The position numbers and the translations under genes were made by a program. Shown in pieces: positions 58,427 to 64,000 of a stretch of 64,000 nt of DNA (the stretch's first letter is position 1; each line of letters opens with the position of its first letter). The notes under the pieces were generated by a model. The model had not been told where the DNA came from and did not search any database. It worked only from the letters and a program-made list of their open reading frames with translations. This DNA comes from Ramazzottius varieornatus (taxonomy: Eukaryota; Animalia; Tardigrada): positions 806,001-870,000 of the forward strand of contig BDGG01000008.1 in NCBI GenBank assembly GCA_001949185.1, read 5' to 3'.

Positions 58427-61400
58427 TCAATCGACTTCCTCCATCTTTCCGGCTTCTTCGTCACCTTCCAGCGGTGGGACATCGTCAAGGTTGACAGCGT
58501 CATCGTTGCCAGCATCTCCCGCTCCTTCCTGCTCGTCGATACCCAAGCCCAGCTTGATCATGCGGTAGATACGGCTTGCGTGGGTCTGAGGATCTTCCAG
58601 CGAGAAGCCAGAGCTCAACAGCGATGTCTCGAACAAGAGCACCACCAAATCTTTCACCGACTTGTCGTTCTTATCTTGGTCGGCCTTCTGGCGCAAGCTT
58701 TCAATGATGGGATGGTCGGGGTTGATCTCGAGGTGCTTCTTGGCGGCCATGTAGCCCATGGTGGAAGTGTCGCGAAGAGCTTGGGCCTTCATGATGCGCT
58801 CCATGTTGGCGGACCAGCCGTACTGGCTTGTGACGATGCAGCACGGTGTCGAGACCAGGCGGTTGCTGACAGTCACCTTCTCCACCTTCTTGTCCAGAAT
58901 GTCCTTCATCACCTGCAAGAGAAACCGGCCCCATTCACCTTCGGTTCAGAGAAACACAGCACCACAGTTAACACCAATACAACAAAGAGCAGCATGGTGG
59001 TCACCAGAAAATTCTACCAATCAAATCAACACCTCCAAGAAATTTCCAGAACTCAACGTGATTTGTCTTGATTGGTACTTACAGCTACATTACTGCAACT
59101 GTATAAAGAGACTGCCACACAGTAAAGTAATCAGAACAAAGCTGGACAAGGAGACAAACTCGGCTGTTACGAACTTCTTACCTTGCATAAGCCTTCGAAC
59201 TTGGACTTTGCTTCCTCAAACTTCTTCTTCTCGTCTTCGTCTCCAGGAAGCTCTAGTCCTTCCTTGGTGATGGCAGTCAAGGTCTTGCCGTCGTACTCCT
59301 TCAGCTGCTGAACGGCGTACTCGTCGATAGGATCTGTCATGTAGATAACTTCCAGGTCGCGCTTCCTCAGTCGTTCAACGAAGGGCGAAGTGGCCACCAC
59401 TTCCTTGTTCTCTCCTGTGATAAAGTAGATGGCTTTCTGGCCTTCCTTCATGCGGCTGACGTATTCTTTGAGAGAACTCATCTCATCGCCGCTCTTGGAA
59501 GTGTGGTAGCGGAGGAAGTCGGCCAACTTCTTGCGGTTGGTGTGGTCTTCGTGGATGCCCAACTTCAAGTTCTTGCCAAACTGCTCATAGAACTTCTTGT
59601 AGTTGTCCTTGTCTTCGGCGATTTCGTCAAAGAGATCGAGACATTTCTTGACTAGGTTCTTGCGAATGACTTTGAGGATCTTGTTTTGCTGAAGCATCTC
59701 ACGGGAAATGTTCAGGGGAAGATCTTCAGAGTCGACAACACCTGCACACAAGTCAGGTCAAACGTTAAAACCAACAAACCAACCGAAGAAACTGATTCGA
59801 TCACCATACGAATCAAATGAAAATTTCGCATTCGACAGTTGACAATTCAACTTAAAACATCAATCAAGCCAACGCACCTTTGATGAAGTTCAGGTAGTCG
59901 GGGATAATGTCTTCGCAGTTCTCCATGATGAAGACGCGGCGAACGTACAGCTTAATGTTGTTCTTCTGCTTCTTATTTTCGAAGAGATCGAAGGGAGCAC
60001 GACGAGGGCAGAAGAGAAGGGCGCGGAACTCCAGCTGGCCTTCGACGGAGAAGTGCTTAACAGCCAAGTGATCTTCCCAGTCGTTGGTCAGGCTCTTGTA
60101 GAACTCTGCATACTCTTCCTGGCTGATGTCTTCGGGGTTGCGAGTCCACAGAGGCTTGGTCTTGTTCAACTGCTCGTCCTCTTGGTACTTTTCCTTGATC
60201 TTCTTCTTTTTCTTCTTGTCCTTGTCTTTGTTGTCCTCACCTTCCTCATCTGAACCGACATCTTCCACTTTGGGTTCTTCGGAGTCGTCCTTATTCTCGG
60301 CGTCTTTCTTCTCCGACTTATCACCTATATCAACAAACAACCCCAATCAGAATCTACCAAAACTCGACAGGTCCACCAGAAATTTCTAGAACCTGGGCAA
60401 CCAAACCCGGCAAGACCACTTCTCCAAGTGGCGCGTGCATTCGATGTTGTTGGCTGGAAGCGTGCGCTACCAAGAAAAACTATCTTGTGAATTTTCCAAG
60501 TGGCGCACGTTTTCAGCCGATAACACTGAATGAGTGCGCTACCTGTGGGAGCAATCTTGCAGAGTTCGTTTCCCAGCTCCTGTCTGCACATCCGACCAGA
60601 AATGGGCTTCGGAACTTACCTTCGGGAACAGTTTCGTCTTCAACTTCCTTCTCACGTTCCTTGTCGACCACCAGGTAGATGGGGTAGCCGATGAACTGCG
60701 AATGCTTCTTGACAATCTCCTTCAGCTTCTTCTCTTCGACGTAGTCCGCTTGGTCTTCTTTCATGAAGAGGATCATTTCCGATCCACGGCCGAGAGGCTC
60801 GCCATGGTCAGGTCGGATGGTAAAGGAGCCTCCAGCAGATGACTCCCAGATGTACTGCTCGTCGTCGTTGTGCTTGCTGCGGACCACCACACGATCTGCC
60901 ACCAGGTATGCCGAGTAGAAACCGACACCAAACTGCCCGATCATACTGATGTCTGCGCCAGCTTGCAGAGCCTCCATGAAGGCCTTGGTACCAGACTTGG
61001 CAATCGTACCTGAGAAATAAAAGCACCACGAGTATTATTTCATCTTCAAGCGACAAATTCCAGAGAATTCTCGTTTCTTCCAGATTTTTCTCTATGTATT
61101 CTACGGTATTTTACCCAAGTTGTTGACAAGATCAGCCTTGGTCATGCCAATGCCCGTGTCACGTATGGTGAGGGTTCGGGCCTCCTTGTTGGGTGTGATC
61201 TTGATGTAGAGGTCTTTGGCGCTTTCCAGCTGCTTGGGATCGGTGAGGGAGAGGTATCGCACCTTGTCCAAGGCATCGCTGGCGTTACTGATCAGTTCTC
61301 GAAGGAAGATCTCCTTGTTGCTGTAGAAGGTGTTGATGATCAAGCTCATCAGCTGCAAACAGAAGTACAAGGATATTTAATATCGATCCATCGAAGCTTC

Positions 61401-61509
61401 TGGAAACTCACCCAACACCGGCAAATCAGGATTATATTCTTACCTGAGCGATTTCGGCCTGGAACGCAAAGGTTTCAGCCTGTCCTTCGTTCTGGTTCTG
61501 ATCAGCCAT
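58427..61509 (-). CDS. HSP90: Cytosolic heat shock protein 90
   Basis: [11 protein letters not shown]|[34 protein letters not shown]-terminal MEEVD. Confidence 0.98.
59039..59051. promoter_or_regulatory. Intronic heat shock element (3 units)
   Basis: GAAatTTCcaGAA. Confidence 0.6.
60379..60391. promoter_or_regulatory. Intronic heat shock element (3 units)
   Basis: GAAatTTCtaGAA. Confidence 0.6.
60389..60580. mobile_element. Fused dimer of the palindromic element (copies 13 and 14) in an HSP90 intron
   Basis: Two CCAAGTGGCGC...GTGCGCTAC cores inside one pair of outer arms. Confidence 0.8.
61393..61405. promoter_or_regulatory. Intronic heat shock element (3 units)
   Basis: GAAgcTTCtgGAA. 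Confidence 0.65.
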
Positions 61510-61659
61510 ATTCGACCTTCAGACGCGGATCCTTCGGGAAAGGAGAAATCCTAAAAAATACGTGTGAAAAGGGAAAATAGGTTGCAATCGAGAAACTCGG
61601 AGGAGCGAGACCGTTCCAACGCGAAAGTAGATTTTCTCTGCCAGGACGGCGTTTCGGTG

Positions 61660-62175
61660 CGGTTTATATAAAGTTGCACTGGCAACGTATTGGAGTGTTC
61701 GGCCCGCCTCTGGACCAACCACATTCCACGAGTGGCTGGACCTACGAATAAGGTAACAAAGAGATTGCGATAAGTCAAGCCGTTCAGCCAATGAAATTCG
61801 CGCAAGTGAGACGCGCTGCGCCTGTGGAACTTTCTCGAAAATTCTGGTCGTGCGGTCGATGATTCATCCACCGGCACATAAGATGAAGGGTGAAGAAAAC
61901 CCCAAATTGAACCTGACACGCTAACCAATCACAGGGTGTCCACCTGGGGGCAACAGGACATGGCACGTAATAGTGAGCTGGACCCCAACGTTATTCCAGC
62001 AAAGGAACCGAAGGTGGACACGCCCACAAACTTGGTTTCTTCAGGTAACGTTCATTTGTCGTCGCCCACCGGTAACGTACGTAGCAACTTCGTCCCATTT
62101 CGTCTCGCCGAATTTTATAACGCGACTTTTCCCCAGACGAGTTCCTCTTTCAGATTCATTTGCGAAATTTCTAGC
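61660..62175. promoter_or_regulatory. Bidirectional HSP90/HSP70 promoter: TATA ~61664 (-), CCAAT ~61788 and ~61925, 4-unit HSE 61827-61844, TATA-like ~62115 (+)
   Basis: GAActTTCtcGAAaaTTC, TATATAAA and CCAAT motifs between the divergent starts. Confidence 0.8.
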
Positions 62176-62511
62176 TTTTGTGGCAGCTTGTTCCGGATTT
62201 TCGCGTGTGTCAAGAAAGACTGAAGGTGTTTGCAAATCTTCCCGGATCTCCGTAGTGAACGAGAGTCTCAACAAACCTCTGTTTTAGTACAAAGGTAGCC
62301 ATCGATTCGATCTCGGACATCGCAGAAAATGTTTCCTCCCGGAACCGAATTCAAAAGTTTCTGACAAAATTTTAGTTATGATTCCTGATTTTATGGTGAT
62401 TAGTTTTATGGAACGAAAGTCAGAGATTGTGGAAGGTGCGCAGGAGTGAAGCGTGTTGGTTGGATATCAATTAATTCACCCAAATTTTTTCTTCGCAGAT
62501 TTGTAGCGAAG

Positions 62512-64000
62512 ATGGCCAAAGCACCCGCTGTCGGAATCGATCTGGGAACTACCTACAGTTGTGTGGGAGTCTTCCAGCACGGCAAGGTTGAGATCATCGC
62601 CAACGACCAGGGTAACCGAACAACGCCCAGCTATGTTGCGTTCACCGATACTGAACGATTGATTGGAGATGCCGCCAAGGTAAGGAAACTTCTGGAAAGA
62701 TCTGTAACGCTTGGATGGAAGTATTGAGAGATGAAGGCAATTCATTCCCTGTTGTCCTTTTTAGAATCAGGTAGCCATGAACCCAGTCAACACGGTCTTT
62801 GACGCCAAGCGACTGATTGGTCGTCGCTTCGACGATCCCAGTGTTCAGAGTGACATGAAGCACTGGCCCTTCAAAGTCATCAACGAAGCCACCAAGCCCA
62901 AGATCCAAGTCGAGTACAAGGGCGAAACCAAGAGCTTCTTCCCGGAAGAAATCTCCTCCATGGTGCTGATCAAGATGAAGGAGACTGCCGAAGCTTACCT
63001 GGGCAAGACCGTCACCAACGCCGTCGTCACCGTCCCAGCCTACTTCAACGACTCCCAGCGTCAAGCCACCAAGGATGCCGGAGTCATTGCTGGCCTCAAC
63101 GTTCTCCGCATCATCAACGAGCCCACGGCCGCTGCCATCGCTTACGGTCTCGATCAGAAGGTAAGAAATATCTCTAAGAGAAACTCGTTTGTTTTATCAA
63201 GTCGCGCTCTCTGATGGCTTAACTGCCGTTGAAGTGCTCCGGTTTAGTCGGGCAGTGGGAGAATGGATTGGGTTTGTGTTTTCTAGGTTGGTGGAGAACG
63301 CAACGTTTTGATCTTCGACTTGGGGGGCGGTACTTTCGATGTGTCTATCCTGACCATTGAAGAAGGTATCTTCGAAGTCAAGTCGACCGCTGGAGACACC
63401 CATTTGGGTGGTGAAGACTTCGACAACCGAATGGTCACCCACTTCGTGCAGGAGTTCAAGCGAAAACACAAGAAGGACATCTCCGACAGCCCTCGGGCTC
63501 TCCGTCGTCTCCGAACAGCCTGCGAACGTGCCAAGCGAACCCTGTCGTCCAGCACCCAAGCCAGCATTGAGATTGACTCGCTCTTTGACGGCATCGACTT
63601 CTACACTTCCATCACCCGAGCTCGCTTTGAAGAACTGTGCGCTGACATGTTCCGAAGTACCTTGGACCCCGTCGAGAAGGCCCTGAAGGACGCCAAGATG
63701 GACAAGAACCAGATCAACGAGATCGTCCTCGTCGGAGGATCCACCCGTATTCCCAAAGTCCAAAAACTCCTTCAGGTACGAGTAGTTATTTCAAATTCCC
63801 TTTTGCCTAATCAAGTGGCGCCTTTCTCCTTCCAGCTCGCGCACCTTTGTGCTGCAAACACAGTCATGGTGCGCGGGTGCAGTTAGGTGGTGCGCCGGTG
63901 TTGAAGTTTGGATTGACGGGACAAATTCAACTTCGGTTTGATGTTGTGTAGGATTGTTTCAACGGAAAGGAGCTGAACAAGTCGATCAACCCCGACGAAG
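62512..64000 (+). CDS. HSP70: Cytosolic HSP70/HSC70, intron-containing, truncated by the window end
   Basis: [51 protein letters not shown]. Confidence 0.97.
62685..62697. promoter_or_regulatory. Intronic heat shock element in HSP70
   Basis: GAAacTTCtgGAA immediately after the GTAAG donor. Confidence 0.65.

Noticed and set aside
58580-59270. Plus-strand ORFs opposite HSP90
   Set aside because: Antisense shadows of a biased CDS
62642-63763. Long minus-strand ORFs opposite HSP70
   Set aside because: Well-known antisense shadow ORFs caused by codon bias
62680-63950. U14-type snoRNAs in HSP70 introns
   Set aside because: No box C/D pair with the U14 guide sequences visible

Overview
Gene-dense, compact animal (metazoan) genomic DNA with short GT-AG introns. 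The look is consistent with a tardigrade-type compact genome, but that is inference only. About 20 protein genes: ZNF706, ITPA, an intronless BTB-BACK gene, a divergent CstF-64, an unknown membrane-anchored gene with a nested antisense gene, a PHOSPHO1/2-like phosphatase, two tandem MFSD11/UNC93-like transporters, ABHD17-like, PRIM2, intronless RPB7, HSD17B12, orphan genes, two tandem nicotinic receptor subunits, WDR7, Rac1, and head-to-head HSP90 and HSP70 (the latter cut by the window end). There is also a tRNA-Pro(TGG). Highlights: (1) a ~120-140 bp palindromic element (core CAAGTGGCGCAC-N~25-GTGCGCCACTTG) present 14 times, always in introns, which accounts for a ~205-250 nt intron class; (2) a 4-nt microexon (TTCG) in the alpha nAChR gene; (3) an inverted RPB7 fragment just downstream of RPB7; (4) a non-alpha nAChR subunit with Phe/Lys at pore-lining M2 positions; (5) HSP90 and HSP70 on a shared HSE promoter, with further perfect HSEs inside their coding introns. 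CDS coordinates are whole-gene spans from manual splicing.
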